DNA from: a virus
Lineage: Duplodnaviria; Caudoviricetes
Virus record (IMG/VR): IMGVR_UViG_3300025018_000187
Location: 1-52,919 of that record
Direction: 5' to 3' (one strand)
Length of the DNA: 52,919 bases
Notes under the pieces: model-generated
Told to the model about the DNA's origin: nothing
The model's database searches: none
Seen by the model: only the letters and a program-made list of their open reading frames with translations
In this document: in pieces, positions 34,788 to 44,072 of the stretch
How positions within the stretch are numbered: position 1 is the first letter of the stretch
Layout of the letters: each line of letters starts with the position of its first letter
Translations under genes and position numbers: made by a program

Positions 34788-34866
34788 ACAAAATATGTTG
34801 GAAAAGATTTTAAATAAAATTAAGAAAGGTTTTAGTCTTTAATAAACTTTTTTTTAAATAAGTTAG

Positions 34867-34878
34867 TATTTATAAATA
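34867..34878 (+). promoter_or_regulatory. (G)TATTTATA motif, here part of palindrome TATTTATAAATA
   Basis: Directly before ATG 34878, following a weak hairpin and T run at about 34822-34856. Confidence 0.5.
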
Positions 34879-35807
34879 TGAGAAAAAGATTAAATACGAT
34901 TTTTTTTATAAAAAAAGCAAAAGACATACATGGTAATAAATATGATTATTCGTTGATTAAATATAATCATAGTCAAATAAAGGTAAAAATTATTTGTCCA
35001 GAACATGGTGAATTTGAACAAACACCCAATAGACATTTATTGGGTTGTGGTTGTAAATTTTGCGGGATTGAAGAAGCAAGAAAACAAAAATTTCTAACAA
35101 ATTTTTCTTTTATAAAAAAAGCAAAAGACATACATGGTAATAAATATGATTATTCTAAGGTTAGTTATTTGAATTCCAAAAGAAAAGTAATTATTATTTG
35201 TCCAGAACATGGTGAATTTGAACAAACACCTTCAATGCATTTAAATGGGCAAGGATGTCCAAAATGTGCTTATGTGATAAAAAGTAATGAATATACAAAA
35301 AAGACAGATGTATTCATAAAAGAATCTGTGGTAATACATAACAATAAATATGATTATTCTAAGGTTAGTTATTTGAATTCCAAAAGAAAAGTAATTATTA
35401 TTTGTCCAGAACATGGTGAATTTGAACAAACACCTTCAATGCATTTAAATGGGCAAGGATGTCCAATTTGTAGAGAGTCTAAGGGTGAGAAAATAATAAG
35501 AAATATTTTAATGGAAAGGGGTATTACTTTTGAATATCAAAAAACGTTTGAGGACTGTAGGGGTAAGAAAAATAAACTACCTTTTGATTTTTATTTATGT
35601 AATAATAACACATTGATTGAATTTGATGGAATACAACATTATAAACCCATAAATACGTTTGGTGGTGTTGGTGCATTTAATTTATTAAAAAAAACAGATA
35701 AAATAAAAAATAATTATTGTGAAAGAAAAAAAATAAAACTAATTAGAATTAAATATAATAATATTAATAAAATAGAAAAAATATTGGAGAATGAAAAAAT
35801 ATTTTGA
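34878..35807 (+). CDS. Homing-endonuclease-like protein: 3 Zn repeats plus Vsr/PD-(D/E)XK nuclease
   Basis: Three KYDYS repeats; ESKGE...LPFDFY...IEFDGIQH. 124-bp exact internal repeat at 35139-35262 and 35343-35466. Confidence 0.8.
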   Translation: MRKRLNTIFFIKKAKDIHGNKYDYSLIKYNHSQIKVKIICPEHGEFEQTPNRHLLGCGCKFCGIEEARKQKFLTNFSFIKKAKDIHGNKYDYSKVSYLNSKRKVIIICPEHGEFEQTPSMHLNGQGCPKCAYVIKSNEYTKKTDVFIKESVVIHNNKYDYSKVSYLNSKRKVIIICPEHGEFEQTPSMHLNGQGCPICRESKGEKIIRNILMERGITFEYQKTFEDCRGKKNKLPFDFYLCNNNTLIEFDGIQHYKPINTFGGVGAFNLLKKTDKIKNNYCERKKIKLIRIKYNNINKIEKILENEKIF

Positions 35808-36840
35808 AAAAATATTCCTATGGTTTATTGGTGTATGGTATAAAATTATCATTAGTTTATCATTAGTTTTATATAGAAGTGAAGACGATATATTTAGAAC
35901 AAAACCAGACAACATAAACGAGAAAAATAAGTATAATATTAGAATGCAGCACAGAAATTCTTTTATTGAAATGATTTTAAGTGGTATAAGACAAGAAAAA
36001 ATAATCAAAGATTATTATGAAATCTTAAAGAAAGCAGACAAATTCATGCGTAATTCTACACCAGAACAAATAGAAATGTCAGCAACTAAGTGGGGTTTAA
36101 ATAACTACGGTAAAACTGATGATGAAGTTAAAAACATAGGTAAGGTTGCGAAGAGAATACAAAGAGATAAAGACGGTAAAATAATTAAAAGTAAGGACGA
36201 TAAATCAAAATCTAAAACCAGAAAAGATAAGTTTGGAAGAAGGTATGAACATTATGGTTTCTTTGACCCTAAGAGTAGAAATTATGGTAAAACATTAGGT
36301 GATGTTATTCGCAATGAAATAACAGAAAGAGTAACAACAGACGACACATACCCAATTGAATTTATGTTTACTAACAAATCAGTTGAAAATGGTATTGCCA
36401 AAGTAAATGAAATTGTTGAAACTAAGACAGATAAATCTAATACAGGTTTTGAATCTATGAATGAATATGAAAAGGCACTTAATAAAAAATACCCATTAAA
36501 AGTAATACGTGAAAACGAAACAGCTATTAATAAAATTGAACAGTTAACTGAATTTTTACATGTTAAACAAATAAACTCAAAACATAGAGTATTGGAATTT
36601 TTTATTCCTGCTAAGTATAAAACCTTTGAATTGTCAGAAGAAAGTGATATATTTGTTGAGTTAATTAATATAAAGCAAGTTTGGATAAATGACGAATATG
36701 GTGAGTTATATGGTTTTAAAATAAAAAACTTTAGAAAAAGAATCCTTCAAAAAATCGAAATTACTGAAAACAACGAAAAAATTGAGAAACCGATTTTTGA
36801 AGTAATAAAATTAAATGGTGAAAAAATAGAAAAAATTTAA
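35791..36840 (+). CDS. Hypothetical protein with N-terminal hydrophobic segment
   Basis: IFLWFIGVWYKIIISLSLVLY is a possible membrane anchor. Confidence 0.7.
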   Translation: MKKYFEKIFLWFIGVWYKIIISLSLVLYRSEDDIFRTKPDNINEKNKYNIRMQHRNSFIEMILSGIRQEKIIKDYYEILKKADKFMRNSTPEQIEMSATKWGLNNYGKTDDEVKNIGKVAKRIQRDKDGKIIKSKDDKSKSKTRKDKFGRRYEHYGFFDPKSRNYGKTLGDVIRNEITERVTTDDTYPIEFMFTNKSVENGIAKVNEIVETKTDKSNTGFESMNEYEKALNKKYPLKVIRENETAINKIEQLTEFLHVKQINSKHRVLEFFIPAKYKTFELSEESDIFVELINIKQVWINDEYGELYGFKIKNFRKRILQKIEITENNEKIEKPIFEVIKLNGEKIEKI

Positions 36841-36841
36841 A

Positions 36842-37333
36842 ATGAGTGATTTCCTAAAAAAAATGCAACAAGCCTTAGTAACTGGTAAAAAAGACGAAGA
36901 GCTAACAGAGTATATGAAAACCATCGAAGAAAAGGCAGAAAAGGTTATAGAACCTAATAAAGCAATCGAAAATAGACTTAAAGATGCTGGTGAGAAAATT
37001 CTATCTGATAAAGAAATAGAAGAACTTTCAAGCGTTGAAAAAGTAGCACATAACAAAGAAATTATGGATGAAATTAAACAAGAAGACGAAAAATGGGCAA
37101 TGCTTGCTATCATAGAAAATATGAAGAGTGAACTCAATAAACTGAAAGTTGATTTTGAAAAATTAAAAGAGAAGTATGAAGACAATATTTCTAAAATAAC
37201 AGAAAATATTGAGAAGTCAGAAAAGAAATTTGAAGAAACGTATGGTGTTGTAGAAACAACTAAAACTCCTTACGAAAAATTGGTTGAAAATTTCGAAGTC
37301 AATAAAAAAGAAAAAAAGAAGAAGGTGGATTAG
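36842..37333 (+). CDS. Coiled-coil hypothetical protein
   Basis: E/K-rich heptad pattern. Confidence 0.7.
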   Translation: MSDFLKKMQQALVTGKKDEELTEYMKTIEEKAEKVIEPNKAIENRLKDAGEKILSDKEIEELSSVEKVAHNKEIMDEIKQEDEKWAMLAIIENMKSELNKLKVDFEKLKEKYEDNISKITENIEKSEKKFEETYGVVETTKTPYEKLVENFEVNKKEKKKKVD

Positions 37334-37396
37334 CAAGTAATTCCGATTTTTATTGGAGATGTCAAGATTAAATATTATTAACTTAAATACAATTAT

Positions 37397-37858
37397 ATGA
37401 CAAATTTTAGAGAAGTTTCAGATGAAACAAAAGCCCTGTTTAACAAAGCATTAGATAACACATCAATACCTAGTTGGGTAGAATTTAGATTGGTTGCCAA
37501 TGATGATTTGAAAAAAAGACCAGTACAGATTGAAAAGCAGAATGTTAAAGTAGAATACATTACTGACGGTGTACAAGCAATCGTTTTTATTAACGAAGAG
37601 ATTTTAGATGGTCTTGTAGAAGAAGATATTCAAATAAAGGTTATTGATGAAGAATTAACACGACTACAAGTTGACCTTGAAAAGGGTACTATTAAAGTAG
37701 AGCCATTTGATTTTACTACTAATAGTGGTTTCTTGGAAAAGCATGGTGCTGATGAAGTATTATTATTAAAAATGTCAATTGAATCTTTATATGAACAAAA
37801 GAAACAAAAAGAGGACGAGAAAAAAGCACAAACAAAACTAGATAAGAAGAAAAAATAG
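37397..37858 (+). CDS. Hypothetical protein, possibly a degenerate phage metallopeptidase-like fold
   Basis: IVFINEEI..L...IDEELTRL...PFDF..F..KHG resembles small phage metallopeptidases but has no HExxH. Confidence 0.45.
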   Translation: MTNFREVSDETKALFNKALDNTSIPSWVEFRLVANDDLKKRPVQIEKQNVKVEYITDGVQAIVFINEEILDGLVEEDIQIKVIDEELTRLQVDLEKGTIKVEPFDFTTNSGFLEKHGADEVLLLKMSIESLYEQKKQKEDEKKAQTKLDKKKK

Positions 37859-37904
37859 TTCCATATTCGAGTTTTTATTTAAAACTCAAACTATTTATTA
37901 GTTG

Positions 37905-37938
37905 AAAAATCCACTCAATTCGGGTGGATTTTTTTTTA
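37905..37938 (+). terminator. Intrinsic terminator
   Basis: AAAAATCCACTC-AATTC-GGGTGGATTTTT followed by a T run. Confidence 0.8.
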
Positions 37939-37944
37939 TGTGGG

Positions 37945-37952
37945 TATTTATA
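37945..37952 (+). promoter_or_regulatory. (G)TATTTATA putative late promoter of the baseplate operon
   Basis: GGGTATTTATA ending 13 nt before ATG 37966. Confidence 0.65.
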
Positions 37953-37965
37953 AAAAACATATTTA

Positions 37966-38367
37966 ATGAAATCAATCAACATAAAATTCCCTTTAACAGA
38001 TGATACTGAGAAGAATCAGTATTTTCAAATGAATGAGGTAACTAAAGATGCATTAACATCTAATTTACTTTTTTTGTTATTAACACAAAAAGGAGAAAGA
38101 TATTACAATCCGAACTTTGGAACAAATTTAATACAGTATGTTTTTGAACCAAAAGACACTTTAACTATTAGTGAGATTGAGAGAGAAATAAAAATAACGG
38201 TAAAAGAATTTATACCAGAACTCACCATCAACAAAGTATCTTTCTATTCAGAGGGTTTAGATGATATAGGGGAATCAGTAGGTGATAATGAAATTCGAGT
38301 AGTTATTAATTTTGTTTATTCAGAAGATACGTTTAGTGAAGCTGGACGTTTGACAATAAACTTTTAA
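37966..38367 (+). CDS. Baseplate wedge protein, T4 gp25-like
   Basis: IKFPL...NL..LLLTQKGER..PNFGT.L...FEP motif. Confidence 0.88.
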   Translation: MKSINIKFPLTDDTEKNQYFQMNEVTKDALTSNLLFLLLTQKGERYYNPNFGTNLIQYVFEPKDTLTISEIEREIKITVKEFIPELTINKVSFYSEGLDDIGESVGDNEIRVVINFVYSEDTFSEAGRLTINF

Positions 38368-38384
38368 TTTGAAATAATAAAAAC

Positions 38385-40238
38385 ATGGCAGACAATATAA
38401 TATCATATAACAGAAGAACCTTCACTGAAATTAAGGCAGAGTTAATTACCTTTATAGAGCAATATTATCCCGAAATATTACAAGATTTTACTGACTCTTC
38501 AATTGGTTCTTTATTAATTGACCTTAATGCTGGTGTAACGAATAACCTTTCTGTCAACACCGATAGAGCGTTTCAGGAAACACAGATTGATTATGCACAA
38601 CAAACAGCAAGTATATACCAAATAGCAAAAAATTTAGGTTTTAATGTTGGTGGTAAAACACCATCAATAACCCTTGTTGATTTTACGGTAACAGTTCCAG
38701 TAAAGGGTGACACGCCAGATGCTGATTATTATCCACAACTATTGGTGGGTTCACAAGTAGTAGGTGCTGGACAGACTTTCGAAACACAAGAAGTAATTGA
38801 TTGGAATAGCCCTATAAGTAATCAAGGACAAGCAAACAGGTCAATTATACCTAATTATGATTCTAATGGTATCATTCAAAGTTATCAAGTAACTAAGCGT
38901 GAATTAGTTAAGAATGGTAGAACTAATATTTTTAAAAGAATTATTCGTGATGCAGAAACAGTACCATTCTATGAATTAACATTACCAGACCCTGACGTAT
39001 TGGAGATACAAGATATGATTGTTCTTCAAGGAACTAATTTTACTGGTAATCCAACAGAAGCAGAATGGAATAATCCTGACAATAAATGGTATGAAGTTAA
39101 TTGGTTGGCACAACAAAATGTATTTGTTGAAGACACTAACGGTGGTACTAACGTATTAACAACAGGTAATACAGGAATTAAAGCAGGTGTTTGGTTAAAA
39201 ACTACCAAGAAATTTTTAAAAGAGTTCACACCTAATGGGTTTTGTACTCTTAATTGGGGTTCTGGTGACCAAACATTAGTAAATGCTGAAAATTGTTTCT
39301 TAAAAATACCAGTAACTAATCAAGAATTTTTAAATAATTTATTAGGTAATAGAGCATTGGGTGATATTCTACCAAAAGGTAATACATTGTTTATACGATA
39401 TCGTACTGGTGGTGGTAGCCAATCAAATGTTGGTACTAATGTACTTACGTCATTAGGTAATTTTAATATGTCAGTACAAGGTCCTCGCCAAGATTTTAAT
39501 ACACAAGTAAGAAGAAGTATTACGGTTAATAATCCTATACCTGCTATTGGTGGTAATGATGCATTGAATGTTGAAGAGGTTAGAAATTTAATAAAATATA
39601 ATTTTTCCTCACAAAATAGGGATGTCACCATCAATGATTATCTATTTCAAGTGTTTAAAATACCCGGTAAATATGGTTCTCCATTTAGAGCGAATGCCTA
39701 TAGAGAAAACAATAAAGTGGTAATACCAATACTTAGTTTAAATAGTGCTGGTAAGTTGAGCAATACATCAAATACTGTATTGAAAAACAATATTGCCGAA
39801 TATTTAACTGAATATAGAATGGTTAATGACTATATTGAGATACGTAACGGTAGAATATTTAATTTGGCTTTTGATATTGATGTGTATGTGACAGATGGTA
39901 GTAATAAAGAAGTAGCAAACTCAATTATTACCACAGTGACAAATTATTTTAATATTAATACTCATAATATGAATGAAGACATTTATTTAGGACCGCTTAT
40001 CGAAGCAATAAATAATGTAACAGGTGTAATAAATGTTTTGAATATAATAGTATATAATAAAATAAACGGTCTTTATTCAGTCAACGTAATACCACAAGAA
40101 ATATCTAACACAGTAACTGGTCAAATAGTGTTACAAAATCAAACTATTTATTCTTCGGAAAATTCCATGTTTGAGATAAAATACCCAGAAAAGGATATTC
40201 GTGTCTTCCTTCGTAAGCGTACAAACCTAAATATTTAA
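38385..40238 (+). CDS. Baseplate wedge protein, T4 gp6/P2 J-like
   Basis: R.F.EIK.EL...YYP...DF; YRTGGG...NVG; AIGGND...EEVR; QNRDVT..DY. Confidence 0.85.
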   Translation: MADNIISYNRRTFTEIKAELITFIEQYYPEILQDFTDSSIGSLLIDLNAGVTNNLSVNTDRAFQETQIDYAQQTASIYQIAKNLGFNVGGKTPSITLVDFTVTVPVKGDTPDADYYPQLLVGSQVVGAGQTFETQEVIDWNSPISNQGQANRSIIPNYDSNGIIQSYQVTKRELVKNGRTNIFKRIIRDAETVPFYELTLPDPDVLEIQDMIVLQGTNFTGNPTEAEWNNPDNKWYEVNWLAQQNVFVEDTNGGTNVLTTGNTGIKAGVWLKTTKKFLKEFTPNGFCTLNWGSGDQTLVNAENCFLKIPVTNQEFLNNLLGNRALGDILPKGNTLFIRYRTGGGSQSNVGTNVLTSLGNFNMSVQGPRQDFNTQVRRSITVNNPIPAIGGNDALNVEEVRNLIKYNFSSQNRDVTINDYLFQVFKIPGKYGSPFRANAYRENNKVVIPILSLNSAGKLSNTSNTVLKNNIAEYLTEYRMVNDYIEIRNGRIFNLAFDIDVYVTDGSNKEVANSIITTVTNYFNINTHNMNEDIYLGPLIEAINNVTGVINVLNIIVYNKINGLYSVNVIPQEISNTVTGQIVLQNQTIYSSENSMFEIKYPEKDIRVFLRKRTNLNI

Positions 40239-40963
40239 TGGAATTAATTAAGAAGAAGTTTTTACAGATAACCACAACAGGTGCAACTACTGGTTGCACT
40301 GGAAACTGTTATGTGATAATTCCAGATACTGGTGTAACATATTGTGTTAATTTTTTGTTGACACAAAATATGAATGATTTGGGTTTTTTTAATACTATTA
40401 CTTCTGATTTCTACGTACAGGGTAATTTAGATTGTGCAGCACTATCAGCAGCAACATCTGGTGAAACTGTTTGTCAAACATCATATAATTTCCCAACTGG
40501 TTCAACGTTTCCAATAGAAGTGAATACAATTACTGGCACTTCCTCATCTAGACTTAGCGAACTTAAAAAATATGCAAGGTCGGGTACGTTAAATAAATTA
40601 TATTATACTTCAACAACACCAGCTATAGATGGTGTAAATACTGGTTTAACAACCACAGGTATTACATATACCTATTATATTGGTGGTATTACGTATGTTG
40701 ATAATGTAACTGGTGGTACAACAACATATACTTTTACATCTTCTGGTTATTCAGATACTAATAATTTTTCAAATTTACCTTATATTAAAGATGAAAATTT
40801 GCAAAATGTTATTGCTAAACCATTAGTTGATAATAACGTATTTATAATAAGAGAAGAACAACAAATTTTAGATAAAAATTATAGATTAAGAAACATTGGC
40901 AACTTAACTGAGTTAACTTATTATGCTGGTGGTGCATACTATAATATAATAAATAATACATAG
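40238..40963 (+). CDS. Thr/Gly-rich putative virion structural protein
   Basis: Within the baseplate operon (TAATG overlap); many (S/T)GxT motifs. Confidence 0.6.
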   Translation: MELIKKKFLQITTTGATTGCTGNCYVIIPDTGVTYCVNFLLTQNMNDLGFFNTITSDFYVQGNLDCAALSAATSGETVCQTSYNFPTGSTFPIEVNTITGTSSSRLSELKKYARSGTLNKLYYTSTTPAIDGVNTGLTTTGITYTYYIGGITYVDNVTGGTTTYTFTSSGYSDTNNFSNLPYIKDENLQNVIAKPLVDNNVFIIREEQQILDKNYRLRNIGNLTELTYYAGGAYYNIINNT

Positions 40964-41036
40964 TGATATTATTAATAAATAGAATATCATTTTTTGAATA
41001 TAATAACATTGAACAAATACTAAATAAGAAAATATA

Positions 41037-41921
41037 ATGGCAACCGGTATTTATGGAAATATACGCCCGTCAGATGTAGCAATTACTGATATGGAGGTTT
41101 TTTATACGTATTCTGCGGATAGAGAAACACCATCAAACACAACAACACGTATTGATGCAGAGCAAATAATAACAGAATTAAAATTACCAGATGGTGATAA
41201 TTTATTAGAAGGTATGTATAATCTTACATTACCAGCAACTATTTTTAATGTGTTAGGTATATATACAATATATATTAGACCAAAAGGAATAGAAACTATT
41301 ATTGTGGATTGTGGAGTATTATCTTCATTACCAACAGTTAAAGGTATTGTCCTCAATGCTAATAGCTTAGATGAAAATTTACAAAGCAATAATGCCTTAC
41401 AAGGGTATAGAATTGAATATATTAATTCAGATGGGTCGAAGTTAAGAAACACAGCAAGATACGTTGTAACGTCTAATAAATGTATTGCTGTTACTGAAAA
41501 TATTGGCAATACTTCTCAAACTGCTGTTCGTTATCGTTTTGATGATTCTGGTAATTTATTGTTTTTACAATTAACACCCGCATCTGCTTCTAATGTTAAG
41601 CCAAATGTGAAACCATTCATTGGTGTTCCTAACCAAACAATATTAATGTATAACACTAATTTTAATCCTATTGCAATGGAAGTTGAGTTAGTTGAAAATG
41701 ATATTGACACTGTTGTTAATTATGTTGGAAATAATCAGCTTAAAGACGTAGATAATGGTATATTAACTAACTTTGACAAAGATGGTAACATATTAAATCA
41801 ATTTGACCTATATGAGATTAAGGACGATGTAGGAAACGTACCTTTATATGAAGTTAAACAAAAACGAGAAGTAATTGACTCAAGTCAAACAATAGAAAAT
41901 GCTACAGAGAATATAAACTAA
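41037..41921 (+). CDS. Putative virion structural protein
   Basis: 294 aa, beta-rich, within the baseplate module. Confidence 0.6.
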   Translation: MATGIYGNIRPSDVAITDMEVFYTYSADRETPSNTTTRIDAEQIITELKLPDGDNLLEGMYNLTLPATIFNVLGIYTIYIRPKGIETIIVDCGVLSSLPTVKGIVLNANSLDENLQSNNALQGYRIEYINSDGSKLRNTARYVVTSNKCIAVTENIGNTSQTAVRYRFDDSGNLLFLQLTPASASNVKPNVKPFIGVPNQTILMYNTNFNPIAMEVELVENDIDTVVNYVGNNQLKDVDNGILTNFDKDGNILNQFDLYEIKDDVGNVPLYEVKQKREVIDSSQTIENATENIN

Positions 41922-42847
41922 TGAAATATAATAATGATATTTTTATTGAAAAAGCTAAACATAAACACGGAGATGTGTATGATTATTCATTAACTAAATA
42001 CATATCTTCTAAAGAATGTGTTTTTATTGTATGTAGAGAACATGATGTTTTTAAAATGCTACCTGCTAAACATCTAAATGGTAGAGGGTGTCCAATTTGT
42101 GGTAGAAATACATCTCACGAACAAAAAAGAAAAAGTTCTAAAAATGTTATCATTTCCTTTAAAAATAAACACGGTGACATATATGATTATTCCGAAGTTA
42201 TTTATTTTAATAGTAAAACAAAAGTAAATATAATATGTAAAAAACACGGTATTTTTGAACAAACACCAGATAACCATTTAAAGGGCAAAGGGTGTCCAAT
42301 TTGTGGTAATAAAAAAAAGGGTTTGAGTAATAGAATTGGGAATGTTATGTTTAAGAAAAGAGCAAATGAAAGACATTTAGATAAATATGACTATTCTATG
42401 GTAGACTATATTAATGTTAATGAAAAAATAAAAATAATATGTTCTATACATGGGTTATTTGAACAAACACCACATAATCATTTAAATGGTAAGGGATGCC
42501 CAATTTGTTGCGAATCTAAAGGTGAACAAAAAATAGGACAGGTGTTAGATTTTTTAAAAGTTAAATATCTTAAACAAAAAAAATTTAAAAATTGTATTAA
42601 TCAAAAACCATTACTTTTTGATTTTTATATACCCAATAATAATGTTTTAATTGAATATGATGGTATTCAACACTATAAACCAGTCAAACTGTTTGGTGGG
42701 GTTGAACAATATAAATTACAAAGTGTAATTGATAATATAAAAAATCAATATGCAATAAATAATAAAATAAAATTGATTAGAATACCATATTTTAATTATG
42801 ATTCTATAGAAGAAATATTAGTTAAAGAAATTGGTGCACAAGAATAA
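41921..42847 (+). CDS. Homing-endonuclease-like protein: 3 Zn repeats plus Vsr/PD-(D/E)XK nuclease
   Basis: Three YDYS repeats; ESKGE...FDFY...IEYDGIQH. Confidence 0.8.
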   Translation: MKYNNDIFIEKAKHKHGDVYDYSLTKYISSKECVFIVCREHDVFKMLPAKHLNGRGCPICGRNTSHEQKRKSSKNVIISFKNKHGDIYDYSEVIYFNSKTKVNIICKKHGIFEQTPDNHLKGKGCPICGNKKKGLSNRIGNVMFKKRANERHLDKYDYSMVDYINVNEKIKIICSIHGLFEQTPHNHLNGKGCPICCESKGEQKIGQVLDFLKVKYLKQKKFKNCINQKPLLFDFYIPNNNVLIEYDGIQHYKPVKLFGGVEQYKLQSVIDNIKNQYAINNKIKLIRIPYFNYDSIEEILVKEIGAQE

Positions 42848-42882
42848 TATAAAAAAGTATAGATTTTTATAATATTTTATAG

Positions 42883-42933
42883 TATTTATATTTATGAGAA
42901 TCCCAAAAATAATTGGGATTTTTCGTATTTATA
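42883..42933 (+). promoter_or_regulatory. Two (G)TATTTATA motifs (42883-42890, 42926-42933) flanking a hairpin at 42898-42921
   Basis: AGTATTTATA...AATCCCAA/TTGGGATT...CGTATTTATAGTTAAACA upstream of ATG 42949. Confidence 0.55.
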
Positions 42934-42948
42934 GTTAAACAAGTATAA

Positions 42949-44072
42949 ATGGCAAGAAGACTTACCACAGAAGTGTTTATTGAACGTTCAAATATAAGAC
43001 ATAATAGTGTTTATGATTATAGTAAATCTGTTTATGTGAATAGAAGAATAAATGTTGTGATTACCTGCAAAATGCATGGTAATTTTACACAAAGCCCATA
43101 TATTCATATGAATGGAAGTGGTTGTCCAAAATGTTATTATAATAAAATAACATATAAAAACACATCAAACACAAATGATTTCATAAAAAAATCAAAAGAA
43201 ATTCATGGTGATAAATACGATTATTCTAATGTAGACTATGTACATTCAAAAAAAAATGTAAAAATTATATGTTTGGAACATGGGAAATTTAAACAATCCC
43301 CATCTGCACATTTAACAGGACAAGGTTGTAAAATATGTGGATATTTAACATCTTCTGAATTAAGAAAAAAAAGTAGAGAAGAATTTATTGTTAAATCAAA
43401 AGAAATTCATGGAGATAAATATGATTATGACAAAATAGTTTATTTTAATAATAAAAACAAAATTAATATTATTTGTGATAAACATGGTGTTTTTGAACAA
43501 TCACCTGCTGCTCATTTGAAAGGTTCTGGTTGTAAAAAATGTTCAAACGAACATAAATCAAAACTAAAAATAAAAAGTCAAGCTAAATTCATTGATGAAG
43601 CAAAAAACATACATGGTAATTATTATGATTATTCAAAAGTAATTTATGTTCACAGTAAACAAAAAATAATAATTACATGTAAAAAACATGGTGATTTCAA
43701 ACAAAAACCAAACCATCATTTAATTGGTCAAGGGTGTCCAATATGTAAAGAATCTAATGGTGAAAAAAAATAAGGAGATTTTTAGAAAAAAATAATATTA
43801 AATATATTAAAGAAAAGAAATTTGGTGAGTGTAAAAATGTTAGGGGTTTATCATATGATTTCTATATACCAGAAAAAAATTTATTAATAGAATATGATGG
43901 AAAACAACATTTCCAACCTAATGATTTTTTCGGTGGTTTAGATGGATTTAAAAAATTGTATTATAATGATAAAATAAAAAACCAATTTGCAACAAAACAT
44001 AAAATAGAGTTACTTAGAATTCCGTATTATGAATATAATAACATTGAAAGTATATTAAGGAACGTAATATAA
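42949..44072 (+). pseudogene. Zn-repeat/Vsr-type endonuclease gene with a -1 frameshift at an A8 run (43763-43770)
   Basis: Frame 0 stops at GAA AAA AAA TAA (43773). The -1 frame continues IRRFLEKNNIKY...YDFYIPEKNLLIEYDGKQHF...LLRIPY...RNVI to a stop at 44070-44072. Confidence 0.85.

Noticed and set aside
3029-44072. Eukaryotic giant-virus origin, suggested by Zn-repeat Vsr nucleases, PolB and SNF2
   Set aside because: gp25/gp6-like baseplate genes, an S74 chaperone fibre, overlapping operonic genes and intrinsic terminators indicate a bacteriophage.
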